64,000 nucleotides of DNA from Acholeplasma sp. (lineage in GTDB: Bacteria > Bacillota_I > Bacilli_A > Acholeplasmatales > UBA5453), in the NCBI GenBank assembly GCA_036677365.1, contig JAVBWN010000027.1, positions 1-64,000 on the forward strand. The letters run 5' to 3'. The notes below the pieces were generated by a model. That model saw only the letters and a program-made list of their open reading frames with translations. It did not search any database and was not told where the DNA came from. Position 1 is the first letter of the stretch; each line of letters starts with the position of its first letter. The position numbers and the translations under genes were made by a program. Positions 48,997 to 58,332 of this stretch are shown here, piece after piece.

Positions 48997-50079
48997 ATGA
49001 AAAGTAAACTGAATTGGCGTTATGTCAACATTTTGATGTTATTGCTCATCATTTACATGTTGTACGTCTTGTCACCACTTTGGGGTAGTTTGTTTGAAAA
49101 AGCCATCATGGCATTATTACCCATCCTCATTGCGTTTGCTATTGCATTCGTATTCAATCCGATTGTAACGACACTCGAAAAGAAGTTTAAAATACCACGT
49201 GTGGTTGCTATTTTGTTTTTATATGCGTTTATCATCGGTATGGTATTGCTCATCATTTTCGTTTTTGTCAAACCTTACATTGAAGACTTAAGTAATATCA
49301 CTGTTGGGTTAAATAACTTAATGGTCCAAATCGGAGAATTGTTCAATATTGATACCACATCGGTTCAACAATCGTTGTCTGCGATGGTTACCGATATTTA
49401 CAACAGCATATTCTCATTCTTTACCGCCACTGGTGAAGGTGCGAATTTGGTTATTGGCACCATCTTTGGTGGCGCTGTGATTGTCATTGTTGGGATCATT
49501 TTCTTAATCAATTTTGAACACATTAAAAATCGTACTAAAGATTACTTGATGGCGAGAGAATCGAAAAAAATGTATCTTTATGTTTCTCAACTCTATCATG
49601 ATTTGACCAACTATTTGGTGGCAGAGATCATCATCGCTGGCATTCAATTTATTGAATATGCGGGATTATTCTTACTCATTGGGATATTCATTCCTGAATA
49701 TTTAAATCTGGCTTTGTTGTTGGGGGTATCGGTTTCGGTATTCTCGCTCATCCCATATTTTGGTGGATATTTATCATCATTCTTTATGATTTTAATAGCC
49801 TTATCCTTACCAAAACCATTATTGGCTGCATTCCCAATCGGTTTATTTATTCTCATATTCCCGAATTTGGATGCCTACTTAATCAACCCTCATATTTATA
49901 AAAAGCAACTCAAATTGAACCCACTCTTATCGGTTTCAGCCATTTTGTTGATGCAGGCATTCTTTGGTTTGGTGGGCGTGGTGATTTCAATTCCAGTGAT
50001 CCTATTCATCACCATCACCTATAACTTTTATAAAGAACCCATCCATGCGAGAATCAAACGGTTTAAAGAATCGTTATAA
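48997..50079 (+). CDS. AI-2E family transporter (start re-placed at MKSKL)
   Basis: PILIAFAIAFVFNP; SLIPYFGG; FGLVG..ISIP; AAGGAG RBS. Confidence 0.85.
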   Translation: MKSKLNWRYVNILMLLLIIYMLYVLSPLWGSLFEKAIMALLPILIAFAIAFVFNPIVTTLEKKFKIPRVVAILFLYAFIIGMVLLIIFVFVKPYIEDLSNITVGLNNLMVQIGELFNIDTTSVQQSLSAMVTDIYNSIFSFFTATGEGANLVIGTIFGGAVIVIVGIIFLINFEHIKNRTKDYLMARESKKMYLYVSQLYHDLTNYLVAEIIIAGIQFIEYAGLFLLIGIFIPEYLNLALLLGVSVSVFSLIPYFGGYLSSFFMILIALSLPKPLLAAFPIGLFILIFPNLDAYLINPHIYKKQLKLNPLLSVSAILLMQAFFGLVGVVISIPVILFITITYNFYKEPIHARIKRFKESL

Positions 50080-50081
50080 GA

Positions 50082-50110
50082 TTGACTTTAAAAGCGTAAT
50101 ATTGTATCAT
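50082..50110 (+). promoter_or_regulatory. Sigma-A promoter of the T-box leader
   Basis: TTGACT, 17 bp, TATCAT. Confidence 0.75.
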
Positions 50111-50127
50111 TTAACTGTAATTTAATC

Positions 50128-50317
50128 GTCTTGTGATTGAAAAGAGTGACAACGCAATGTCTTAAAGCGAGGATGAACGGTGGAAGCATCCAGAATAAGC
50201 CTGTCAGAGACGCTTCATGAAGACAAAACTAGATGAGGGCTATGGGGTAACCATAGAACTAAGGTGGTACCGCGCATGTTTAGCGTCCTTAGAATTAAGG
50301 GCGCTTTTTATTTTTTT
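50128..50317 (+). ncRNA. T-box riboswitch, probable Asp (GAC) specifier
   Basis: Stem I GTCTT..AAGAC (50128-50224) with GA motifs, AGCGAG and GGTGGAA apical motifs; GAC at 50209-50211; T-box AAGGTGGTACCGCG (50261-50274); terminator AGCGTCCTTA/TAAGGGCGCT plus T run. Confidence 0.92.
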
Positions 50318-50329
50318 GTGGGTGAATCG

Positions 50330-50902
50330 ATGATAACAAACCGAAAAATGCCGACAATTGAATTGAGTAAAGTCCTCTTGAGAACTTTGCTCAAAAAGGA
50401 TGCCAATGATTTTTTTGAGGTTGGCCGTGACCCTTTGACCACTGAATTTTTAACATGGGGACCGTTTAAGACCATCAAGGAAGCAAAAACCATGATCAAA
50501 TTTACCTATTTTAGACGTATGGCACGACAGGAACCGATTGGGTATGCCATATTGGATAAAGAAAGTCATAAAATGATTGGTACCATTGAGTTTCACACAT
50601 TTAACCAAAAAATGAATACCTGTGAAATCGGTTATGTCCTTTCAAGACCTTACTGGAATCAAGGCATCATGACAGACTGTGTTCAAGCCATGACTGGGAT
50701 TGCTTTTAGTCATTTAGAGGTCGACCGTGTCATCATCAAACACATTAAAGAAAATATGGCCAGCCAACGTGTCATACTGAAGGCAGGGTACCGATTCATC
50801 GAAGTTAACAAACAAAGTTTTTTTCACCCGAAAACACACCGTTTTCATGATGTTTATGTATACGAAAAATGGAGGAACGAACAACATGATCAGCAAAGCT
50901 AA
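50330..50902 (+). CDS. GNAT N-acetyltransferase, RimJ/RimL family (start re-placed at MITNR)
   Basis: LLRTL..DA; MIGTI; CEIGYVL..YWNQGIMT; N.ASQRV..KAGY. Confidence 0.88.
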   Translation: MITNRKMPTIELSKVLLRTLLKKDANDFFEVGRDPLTTEFLTWGPFKTIKEAKTMIKFTYFRRMARQEPIGYAILDKESHKMIGTIEFHTFNQKMNTCEIGYVLSRPYWNQGIMTDCVQAMTGIAFSHLEVDRVIIKHIKENMASQRVILKAGYRFIEVNKQSFFHPKTHRFHDVYVYEKWRNEQHDQQS

Positions 50903-52151
50903 AGGGACATACGATGTCCTACCAAACGAGTCCTACAAGTGGCACACATTAGAAGATAAAGCCCGTCAAATATGTGTTCAATTTGGTTACAAAGAAGTCA
51001 GAACACCGATTTTTGAATACCGTGAAGTGTTTCACCGTCAAAATGAGCAATCCGACATGGTAACCAAAGAAACCTACAACTTCATGGATAAAGGGGACCG
51101 CGAATTGACATTAAGACCCGAAGGTACGGCGGGTGTCATCCGTAGTTTTGTTGAAAACAAACTCTACGTTGAAAACCCACTCAATAAGTTGTATTATATC
51201 GGACCGAATTTCCGATATGAACGCCCACAAAAAGGTCGTTTCAGACAATTTTCACAATTTGGGGTGGAAGCGATTGGTTCAAATGACCCAGCACTCGACG
51301 CTGAAGTCATTGGATTGGCGTATGCATTCATCCAAAAATTGGGTCTTAAAGGGGTCCGTGTTCGTATCAATACCTTAGGCGATAATGACTCTAGAGCGGC
51401 ATTTAAAGATGCTTTAAAACAGCATTTCTTACCGCATGTGGATACCCTTTGTGAAGACTGCAAGCAACGCATCGAAAAAAATCCGTTGCGTATCTTGGAT
51501 TGCAAAGTCGATCACAACCACGTCGCTGTTCTCAAAGCACCAACCACACAAGATTATTTAAACGAGGTCTCAAAAACCTATTTCCAAAGCGTTTTAACGT
51601 ATTTAGACGCGGCCAACATCGATTATGAGATTGCGCCAAAATTGGTACGAGGATTGGATTACTACACCCACACTGTATTCGAAATTGAAGCCGACATCGA
51701 GGGCTTTGGTGCACAAAATGTGTTGGGTGGCGGTGGTCGTTATCAATCACTCGTTAAAGAATTGGGTGGACCTGATTTACCTGGTATCGGTTTTGCTTTC
51801 GGGATGGAACGTTTGATCATCGCCATGGAATCGGAAAACATCACTTTTGAAGAAGCACCATCGAACGACATTTTCTTCATAGCAACCGATGAAGCCGCCC
51901 GCGTTTTAGCGCTTAAACTCTTGTTTGAAGCGCGACAACAAGGGATGGTAGCGGATATGGATTTTGTCTCCTCGTCCTTTAAAGCACAACTCAAATCTGG
52001 ATTAAAATCCAATGCCAAATATTTAGGCATCATCGGTGAATCGGAATTAGTCAACAAAACCATTTCACTTAAAAACACAAAAACTCAACAACAGGAAGAA
52101 ATACCAGTGAAGATTGCGATCCGTTCCGTCAAAAGCTGGTTAGGAAAATAA
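50886..52151 (+). CDS. hisS: Histidyl-tRNA synthetase (start re-placed at MISKAKG)
   Basis: LRPEGTA; FRYERPQKGRFRQF; LVRGLDYY; GGGRY; GFAFGMER. Confidence 0.97.
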   Translation: MISKAKGTYDVLPNESYKWHTLEDKARQICVQFGYKEVRTPIFEYREVFHRQNEQSDMVTKETYNFMDKGDRELTLRPEGTAGVIRSFVENKLYVENPLNKLYYIGPNFRYERPQKGRFRQFSQFGVEAIGSNDPALDAEVIGLAYAFIQKLGLKGVRVRINTLGDNDSRAAFKDALKQHFLPHVDTLCEDCKQRIEKNPLRILDCKVDHNHVAVLKAPTTQDYLNEVSKTYFQSVLTYLDAANIDYEIAPKLVRGLDYYTHTVFEIEADIEGFGAQNVLGGGGRYQSLVKELGGPDLPGIGFAFGMERLIIAMESENITFEEAPSNDIFFIATDEAARVLALKLLFEARQQGMVADMDFVSSSFKAQLKSGLKSNAKYLGIIGESELVNKTISLKNTKTQQQEEIPVKIAIRSVKSWLGK

Positions 52152-52152
52152 T

Positions 52153-53877
52153 ATGGCCTATACACACCACAACAATGAATTGAATTTATCCCACTTAGGA
52201 CAACACGTCCACTTAAAAGGGTGGGTTGCAAGAAAACGTAATTTAGGTGGTCTCATTTTCATCGATTTACGTGACCGCTTTGGCATCACCCAATTGTTGG
52301 TTCAACCAGGACACCCATCCTATGAACTCGCCAGCACATTAAAAAGTGAATATGTCATTGACATCACTGGGGTTGTCATCGAAAGAGAATCCAAAAATCC
52401 CAATATGGCCACCGGAGAAATCGAAGTTAACATCGAAAACTTAATTGTGCTCAATGTGGCGGAAACACCACCCATCGGCATTTCAAACGAAGACACTGCC
52501 TTAGAAGATACCCGTTTGAAATACCGTTATTTAGACTTAAGACGCCCAGTGATGCAAAACTACATGATCAAACGTGCCCAAATCACACAGGCAGTTCGTG
52601 AAGCCCTATTAAACGAAGGCTTCAATGAATTTGAAACACCGATTTTGGGTAAATCCACCCCAGAAGGGGCGAGAGATTTCTTGGTCCCATCGAGATTGTA
52701 TGCGGGTGAATTTTACGCTTTACCACAATCCCCACAAATCTATAAACAACTATATATGGTGGCTGGATTTGAAAAATACTTCCAAATTGCTCGTTGCTTC
52801 AGAGATGAAGATTTGCGTGCAGACCGTCAATTGGAGTTTACACAAGTCGATATCGAAACTTCATTTTTAAGTGAAGTTGAAATCCAATCGATGATTGAAC
52901 GTGTTTTAGCACACACATTCAAAAAAGTGCTCAACGTCGACGTCAAATTACCAATTGAACGGATGTCATTCGACCGTGCCATGGCTTTATATGGTTCAGA
53001 CAAACCCGACTTACGTTTTGGCTTATTATTAAAAGACTTAAACCCGCTACTGGATGTCTATTCAATCCCGTTCTTGGCGAATAAGACCATCCGTGGATTC
53101 ATTGTTCCCAATGGGGCACATTTATCACGTAAAGAACTCGACGGTTTTACCACCACTGTGAAGAAGAACCACGGGGATGCTTTGGCATTCTTAAAATTAG
53201 CTAACCATGAATTATCGGGGTCATTATCCAAAAATATAACCAACCCACAAGCTTTCATTGAATCCGCTGGTTTGGTTGAAAATGACTTATTGTTGATCAT
53301 CGCGGGTAAGGACTATGAATCCGCCTCTAAAGCCGCAGGTGCTTTACGTAAAGAACTTGGTGATTATTTGAATCTTGCGAGTGACGATGATTATCGTTTT
53401 GTTTGGATTGTCGATTGGCCGCTATTTGATGTCAATGAAGATGGCTCATTAACTGCAGCACATCACCCATTCACCTCGCCTAAAGAAGCCGATAAACCAC
53501 TCTTATTCACGAACCCTAAATTGTGTCGTGCTCAAGCGTACGACATCGTGCTCAACGGGTATGAATTGGGTGGCGGGTCTGTCCGTATCCATGAATCACA
53601 CATCCAACAACAGATGTTTGAAGCCATCGGTTTATCCAAAGAAGTCATCGAAGAACGTTTTGGTTTCCTCGTAGGTGCGCTTAAATATGGTACCCCGCCG
53701 CATGGTGGATTGGCACTCGGACTTGACCGTTTGGTGATGTTGATGACCCATACCAAAAACATCAAAGACGTCATCGCCTTCCCTAAGACCCAAAGCGCAA
53801 GAGACTTGATGATGCAAGCCCCTTCAAGTGTCGCAGATGCCCAACTTGAAGAACTCAATTTAGTCGTAAAAAAATAA
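52153..53877 (+). CDS. aspS: Aspartyl-tRNA synthetase
   Basis: FIDLRD; STPEGARDF; LPQSPQ; CFRDEDLRADRQ; HHPFT; PPHGGLALGLDR. Confidence 0.97.
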   Translation: MAYTHHNNELNLSHLGQHVHLKGWVARKRNLGGLIFIDLRDRFGITQLLVQPGHPSYELASTLKSEYVIDITGVVIERESKNPNMATGEIEVNIENLIVLNVAETPPIGISNEDTALEDTRLKYRYLDLRRPVMQNYMIKRAQITQAVREALLNEGFNEFETPILGKSTPEGARDFLVPSRLYAGEFYALPQSPQIYKQLYMVAGFEKYFQIARCFRDEDLRADRQLEFTQVDIETSFLSEVEIQSMIERVLAHTFKKVLNVDVKLPIERMSFDRAMALYGSDKPDLRFGLLLKDLNPLLDVYSIPFLANKTIRGFIVPNGAHLSRKELDGFTTTVKKNHGDALAFLKLANHELSGSLSKNITNPQAFIESAGLVENDLLLIIAGKDYESASKAAGALRKELGDYLNLASDDDYRFVWIVDWPLFDVNEDGSLTAAHHPFTSPKEADKPLLFTNPKLCRAQAYDIVLNGYELGGGSVRIHESHIQQQMFEAIGLSKEVIEERFGFLVGALKYGTPPHGGLALGLDRLVMLMTHTKNIKDVIAFPKTQSARDLMMQAPSSVADAQLEELNLVVKK

Positions 53878-53902
53878 AGACGAGCAATCGTCTTTATCTT
53901 TT
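53874..53902. terminator. Terminator after aspS (probably bidirectional)
   Basis: ATAAAGACGA-gcaa-TCGTCTTTAT with a GNRA loop. Confidence 0.8.
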
Positions 53903-53914
53903 ATTTGGCTTTAT

Positions 53915-55285
53915 TTAGCCATTATTTTGTTGTGTTTGTTGTCTTACCATGTGTTCATAACGGATTTCTAAACGGGCTTGAACATTGATTTGAGCCATTT
54001 GTAATCTGAATTGATTGAGCACTTGGTTGTATTGTAAGAGGGTAGCTTGAAGTTGTAAGTTCAAATTGCCCATGAACAAAGCTTCAAAAGGAGCGAGGTC
54101 TACTTGATGTTCTAAGAATAAGAGGCGGTAAGTTTCACGGATGGATCTGTAATCATCCATGAAGTTTTCTAATAAGATGATTTCAATTTGGCCATTTTGA
54201 TAGAAGAACAAGTATTCATGTGGGATGTTTTCAGCTTCTACATAAGCTTCAACCAATACATCTAACTCTGCTTTGGTGGCCATATAATTCATGAATATGG
54301 TTTGGGCTTGAGCTCTAAGGTCTGTACGGCCTTGACGATTACCACTGAATTCTTCATAAAGTGTTTTCATTTCAGCCTTATATCCCAACAACAGTTCATT
54401 TTTCGCTTGAATGGCTAAATCCGCATCCAATTTGACTTGAAGGGCAGTTTCATAAGCCTCTGGGGAAGGGATTTCAATGGCTTCGATGGCATTCACATAA
54501 TCACTATATAAAGCCACGAGCGCTACCGCATCTAAATCTGAATCCACCAATAAGGCGTCGAATCCTGAAGGATTGGCGAGTAACATGAGGTTGGCTTGGG
54601 TTTCAATGTATGAAACGCGTAGGAAGTGGAATGCAGCTTTCGCATTCGATTTGAGCTGCAAGTATGCCAATCGAACGTGATCTTGAGCAAAATCTTTCAA
54701 TGCTTCACGATTTTCATTGATGATGGTTAATAATTCTCGAACACTCATTTCAATGGCTTCTTCATAGGTTAAGTCCACATCGAGGGCCATCGCTGCTTTG
54801 ATGATGCGGTATTTACCCACGGAAATGCCTAATGCTGCCGCTTGATCCATATCTGCTTGAGTGATCCCGGCATTCCCATCAACGACATCCACAGGGATGT
54901 TTTTTTGTTCCAGATGGGCTTGAATACGGCTACGAATGTGGGCTTGAATACGATTCATTTGTGCTCTATCATCGGTTTCAGTGGTAACCACAACCGCATT
55001 TTCAACACCAGCTTTGATATAGCCATATTGTCTGGCCAATTCGGTGATTTCTACTACCACATCGGCAGCAACTTTACCTTTAAAATTGGTATCTAATAAT
55101 AATGTTTGAGCATCGTCATTGAGGGGAGTGACTGTTTCGACACGACCTCTCGCATTCGTGATGATTTCAACACTCGGGTTGATGTCCATGGTGATTCTAG
55201 CATTCGCTGCATTGACCGATTCGGTACAAGCAGCAAGCAGGGTGACTGCGAATAATATAAATGTAAATACGAATATTTTTCTCAT
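53915..55285 (-). CDS. Lipoprotein with an RsgI-type periplasmic (DINPS) domain and a long helical C-terminus (start re-placed at MRKIF)
   Basis: Lipobox LAAC; ITMDINPSVE..V....LNDDA..LL; AAALGISVGK; AAGGAG RBS. Confidence 0.78.
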   Translation of the reverse strand: MRKIFVFTFILFAVTLLAACTESVNAANARITMDINPSVEIITNARGRVETVTPLNDDAQTLLLDTNFKGKVAADVVVEITELARQYGYIKAGVENAVVVTTETDDRAQMNRIQAHIRSRIQAHLEQKNIPVDVVDGNAGITQADMDQAAALGISVGKYRIIKAAMALDVDLTYEEAIEMSVRELLTIINENREALKDFAQDHVRLAYLQLKSNAKAAFHFLRVSYIETQANLMLLANPSGFDALLVDSDLDAVALVALYSDYVNAIEAIEIPSPEAYETALQVKLDADLAIQAKNELLLGYKAEMKTLYEEFSGNRQGRTDLRAQAQTIFMNYMATKAELDVLVEAYVEAENIPHEYLFFYQNGQIEIILLENFMDDYRSIRETYRLLFLEHQVDLAPFEALFMGNLNLQLQATLLQYNQVLNQFRLQMAQINVQARLEIRYEHMVRQQTQQNNG

Positions 55286-55289
55286 GATG

Positions 55290-56609
55290 TTATTGCTCCT
55301 TTTGTTCATATTGTAAAATGATGTTTTGAATGTAAGTAGATTCTTTCAATGATGTACTGACTTGATTCGATGTATAATACACCATAAATTCTTGATAAGC
55401 TTCGACCAATATGCGCTTATAGGCTTGCCCTGAACCAGAAGAAGACTGATTCAATAAAACATCGAGTCGTTTCGCACTGGCTAAAAATAATTGGTCATAA
55501 ATGGAAGCATCTAAGTATTCTTCAATGGATGTTAGGACACCCATCACATGGTTTGGTGCTTGCCATTGATTCAATTGGATCAGATTGGCATGCGTATCAA
55601 CCAAATGTGAATATAAACCTCGGATACTGGCTTCAAATAGTGTTTCTACTTGTTGTTTTAAATAAGCTTCATACGCATCCATTTTAGATTCTAATTGTAA
55701 CAATCGTTGATACTTAAGGGTTGGTAGTAATGGGACTTGTGCATTTGGAAAGTATGTATTTGAAAATGTAGTATAGGCTATGTTGAATTCAATCAAATCA
55801 TTGGCATATAGATTTTTTAGGTTTACAATTTCTGCATTCACTAAAGAAATATACGCTTCCACTTCAAGTAAGAGTGCGGATTTTTGATCCTCGAGTTCAG
55901 CTTTCAGTGTTTCAACTTTTACTTTCAATTCAGCAAGTTCTGCTGCGACAAACCCACGTTTGATTTCATTGAGTTTAGGAATGTCAAAGTTTCGTAAATC
56001 ATCGACTGTGTATGTTGGATCGATTTCAATGATTTCTTGAATGAGTGCCAATTTTCTTGGGGTAATCTTCAATGCTTTGGCTTCATTGATCAGTTCATCT
56101 GTGATTTCAATCATTTGAATTCTGGATTGAAAATGTGTTTTGATGCGTTCATTCAGTTTATTTTCAATATCAGATTTTTCATTGAATGCAGTGACATTGA
56201 CTACGGATGTTTGAGTCATATACCCCAATGCTGTGGCATGTTCAATGACTGCTTCGATGGCTTCATTAAGAGATAATTTTGTCAAAACCATCGTTTCAAT
56301 TAAGACCTCACCATCCAAGTTGAGTGCGCGATAAGCAATCACTTCATCCTTCGCATCCACTGTAAATTCGATCGATGGATTGATGTCAACCGTCACAATC
56401 GATGGGTTGTTTGGTGTTTGCCTAAATAAGGTGATACCAAGCACAACCAATAAGAGTAGTCCAAACATCATCGCGAGTTTCGGGTGCCATGAAACCAAAC
56501 GTGGTTTATGCTGTTCTTGTCTAGGGATTTGGGATAAAATACGTTTTTTATCGATTTCGATGGTCTTACCTTCCGCTTTTAATTGTTTGATCAAATCTTT
56601 ATTTGTCAT
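55290..56609 (-). CDS. Membrane anti-sigma factor with an RsgI-type DINPS domain (start re-placed at MTNKD)
   Basis: About 45-aa cytoplasmic N-terminus, one TM, VTVDINPSIEF..V....LNLDG; overlaps the ECF stop; GGAGGT RBS. Confidence 0.8.
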   Translation of the reverse strand: MTNKDLIKQLKAEGKTIEIDKKRILSQIPRQEQHKPRLVSWHPKLAMMFGLLLLVVLGITLFRQTPNNPSIVTVDINPSIEFTVDAKDEVIAYRALNLDGEVLIETMVLTKLSLNEAIEAVIEHATALGYMTQTSVVNVTAFNEKSDIENKLNERIKTHFQSRIQMIEITDELINEAKALKITPRKLALIQEIIEIDPTYTVDDLRNFDIPKLNEIKRGFVAAELAELKVKVETLKAELEDQKSALLLEVEAYISLVNAEIVNLKNLYANDLIEFNIAYTTFSNTYFPNAQVPLLPTLKYQRLLQLESKMDAYEAYLKQQVETLFEASIRGLYSHLVDTHANLIQLNQWQAPNHVMGVLTSIEEYLDASIYDQLFLASAKRLDVLLNQSSSGSGQAYKRILVEAYQEFMVYYTSNQVSTSLKESTYIQNIILQYEQKEQ

Positions 56610-57126
56610 GATTGGTACCTCCTTCCAGCTGGTTTTTGAGTTTTTCAAGTGCGACATTGAGTTTAAATGTTACACCTGAAGTGGATAAATTTAATACATT
56701 GGCAACCGTTTGTCTGGTTTTGCCTTCAACAACACATTGCATGACGATGAAAAATTCATCTTCATCCAAAATTTGAGCTGCCATATCGATGAGTGGTGTT
56801 TCGCTTTTGTCATCGGTGGGTTGATTGAGTGTTTCCATATCCACGAGGGTTTCTCGAGATTGTTTGTGGTAATGATTGATGGCTTCATTTTTTGCAATCC
56901 GCATAATCCAAGACTTCGGTTGGTCTTCTTGATAAGATGCACGATGTTGAAATACTTTCATGTAGACGTCTTGCATGATTTCTTCAGACACATCTTTTCT
57001 TTTCACGATGCGATAAATTTGATAGAACACCATTCGGTTGGTTATATCATAAATCACATCCATGGCATCATGATGACCATTTTTCAGTTGTTTCATGGCT
57101 TGCTTCAATTTGATTTGATCAAACAT
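56599..57126 (-). CDS. ECF RNA polymerase sigma factor
   Basis: Region 2 SEEIMQDVYMKV and KSWIMRIAKN; region 4 EGKT...VANVLNL..SGV..KL..ALEKLK; 175 aa. Confidence 0.9.
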   Translation of the reverse strand: MFDQIKLKQAMKQLKNGHHDAMDVIYDITNRMVFYQIYRIVKRKDVSEEIMQDVYMKVFQHRASYQEDQPKSWIMRIAKNEAINHYHKQSRETLVDMETLNQPTDDKSETPLIDMAAQILDEDEFFIVMQCVVEGKTRQTVANVLNLSTSGVTFKLNVALEKLKNQLEGGTNHDK

Positions 57127-57368
57127 ATGATCACTCCCAACATCCCTGACACCTATATAACAAATGAATAACCTGCTTTTGTCAGTAATTTTTTAAAAAT
57201 ATGCTTAATTCCATTATACGCCCTTTGAAATGAAAGCTGTTTTGGGATTTGAATAGATCATCAAAAAAAATCCCATAATTAAGAATCCGATGCGATTTGT
57301 GGCTTGTTTACTAGTCAAAATGACCAATTTAAGGTATGATATTTATAAAGCAATTTGGAGGGATTATC

Positions 57369-57875
57369 ATGAAAAAGATTATTTTGGCAGGTGGATGCTT
57401 TTGGGGTGTCCAAGCCTATTTTAGAGATGTAAAAGGCGTTAAACATACCGAAGTTGGGTATGCCAATGGGAACAAAGAAAACCCAACCTACAAAGAAGTA
57501 TGCAATGGGATTGCTACCCATGCAGAAGTCACATTAGTGGAATATGATGAAAAAATCGTTCAATTACCAACCATTTTAGAACACTTTTTTAGAATCATCA
57601 ATCCATATACACTCAACAGACAAGGGCACGATGTTGGTATCCAATACCGTTCAGGGGTGTATTTTGAGCACGAAGAAGATGCTGTGATTTCCCGTCAATT
57701 TATCTCATCAAGACAAGCATTATCCGATCGAAAATTTGCGGTTGTTGTCGAACCTTTGAAAAATTATTATAAAGCAGAAGAATATCATCAGGATTATTTA
57801 ATCAAGAATCCAAATGGGTATTGTCATGTGAATTTGGGTTTATTAAAAGAGGAAGAAAAAAATGAAAAGAACTGA
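57369..57875 (+). CDS. msrA: Peptide methionine sulfoxide reductase A (start re-placed at MKKII)
   Basis: AGGCFWG; PTYKEVC; RQGHDVGIQYRSG; AEEYHQDY; GYCH. Confidence 0.96.
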   Translation: MKKIILAGGCFWGVQAYFRDVKGVKHTEVGYANGNKENPTYKEVCNGIATHAEVTLVEYDEKIVQLPTILEHFFRIINPYTLNRQGHDVGIQYRSGVYFEHEEDAVISRQFISSRQALSDRKFAVVVEPLKNYYKAEEYHQDYLIKNPNGYCHVNLGLLKEEEKNEKN

Positions 57876-58332
57876 TTACATTTCTTGGGATCAGTATTTT
57901 ATGGGTGTGGCTTCATTATCTGCACTCCGTTCAAAAGACCCCAACACACAGGTAGGCGCGTGCATCATTAATCCAGATAAACGCATCATTGGGATAGGTT
58001 ACAATGGTTTACCTCAGGTCTTATCTGACGATGAATTTCCTTGGACCAAAGAGGGTGACTTGCAAGATACCAAATACCCTTATGTCGTTCATGCTGAAGC
58101 CAACGCCATTTTAAATGCAACCCAATCCATCAAAAATGGGGTGTGTTATGTCACATTGTTTCCATGCCATGAATGCACAAAATTGTTGATTCAAAGTGGC
58201 ATCAAAGAGTTGGTATATCAAGAAAACAAGTATGAAGATACACCATCCAGTCAAGCAGCAATGCGTATGTTTACTGCCGCTGGTGTTAAAATACGTCAAT
58301 TTCATTTAGGACAAATCGAGATTAAAAAATGA
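57862..58332 (+). CDS. dCMP deaminase (ComEB family)
   Basis: RSKDP.TQVGA; GYNG; HAEANA; PCHEC. Confidence 0.93.
   Translation: MKRTDYISWDQYFMGVASLSALRSKDPNTQVGACIINPDKRIIGIGYNGLPQVLSDDEFPWTKEGDLQDTKYPYVVHAEANAILNATQSIKNGVCYVTLFPCHECTKLLIQSGIKELVYQENKYEDTPSSQAAMRMFTAAGVKIRQFHLGQIEIKK

Noticed and set aside
50264..50329. ORF-track N-terminal extension of the GNAT
   Set aside because: It runs through the T-box antiterminator and terminator; the true start is 50330
56599..57126. Calling the sigma factor SigI because of the RsgI-like neighbours
   Set aside because: Its length and region 4 are those of a generic ECF, and the anti-sigma N-terminus does not resemble RsgI_N
57243..57275. Inverted repeat TGGGATTT/AAATCCCA between the sigma gene and msrA
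   Set aside because: Short and AT-rich with a long loop; could be chance
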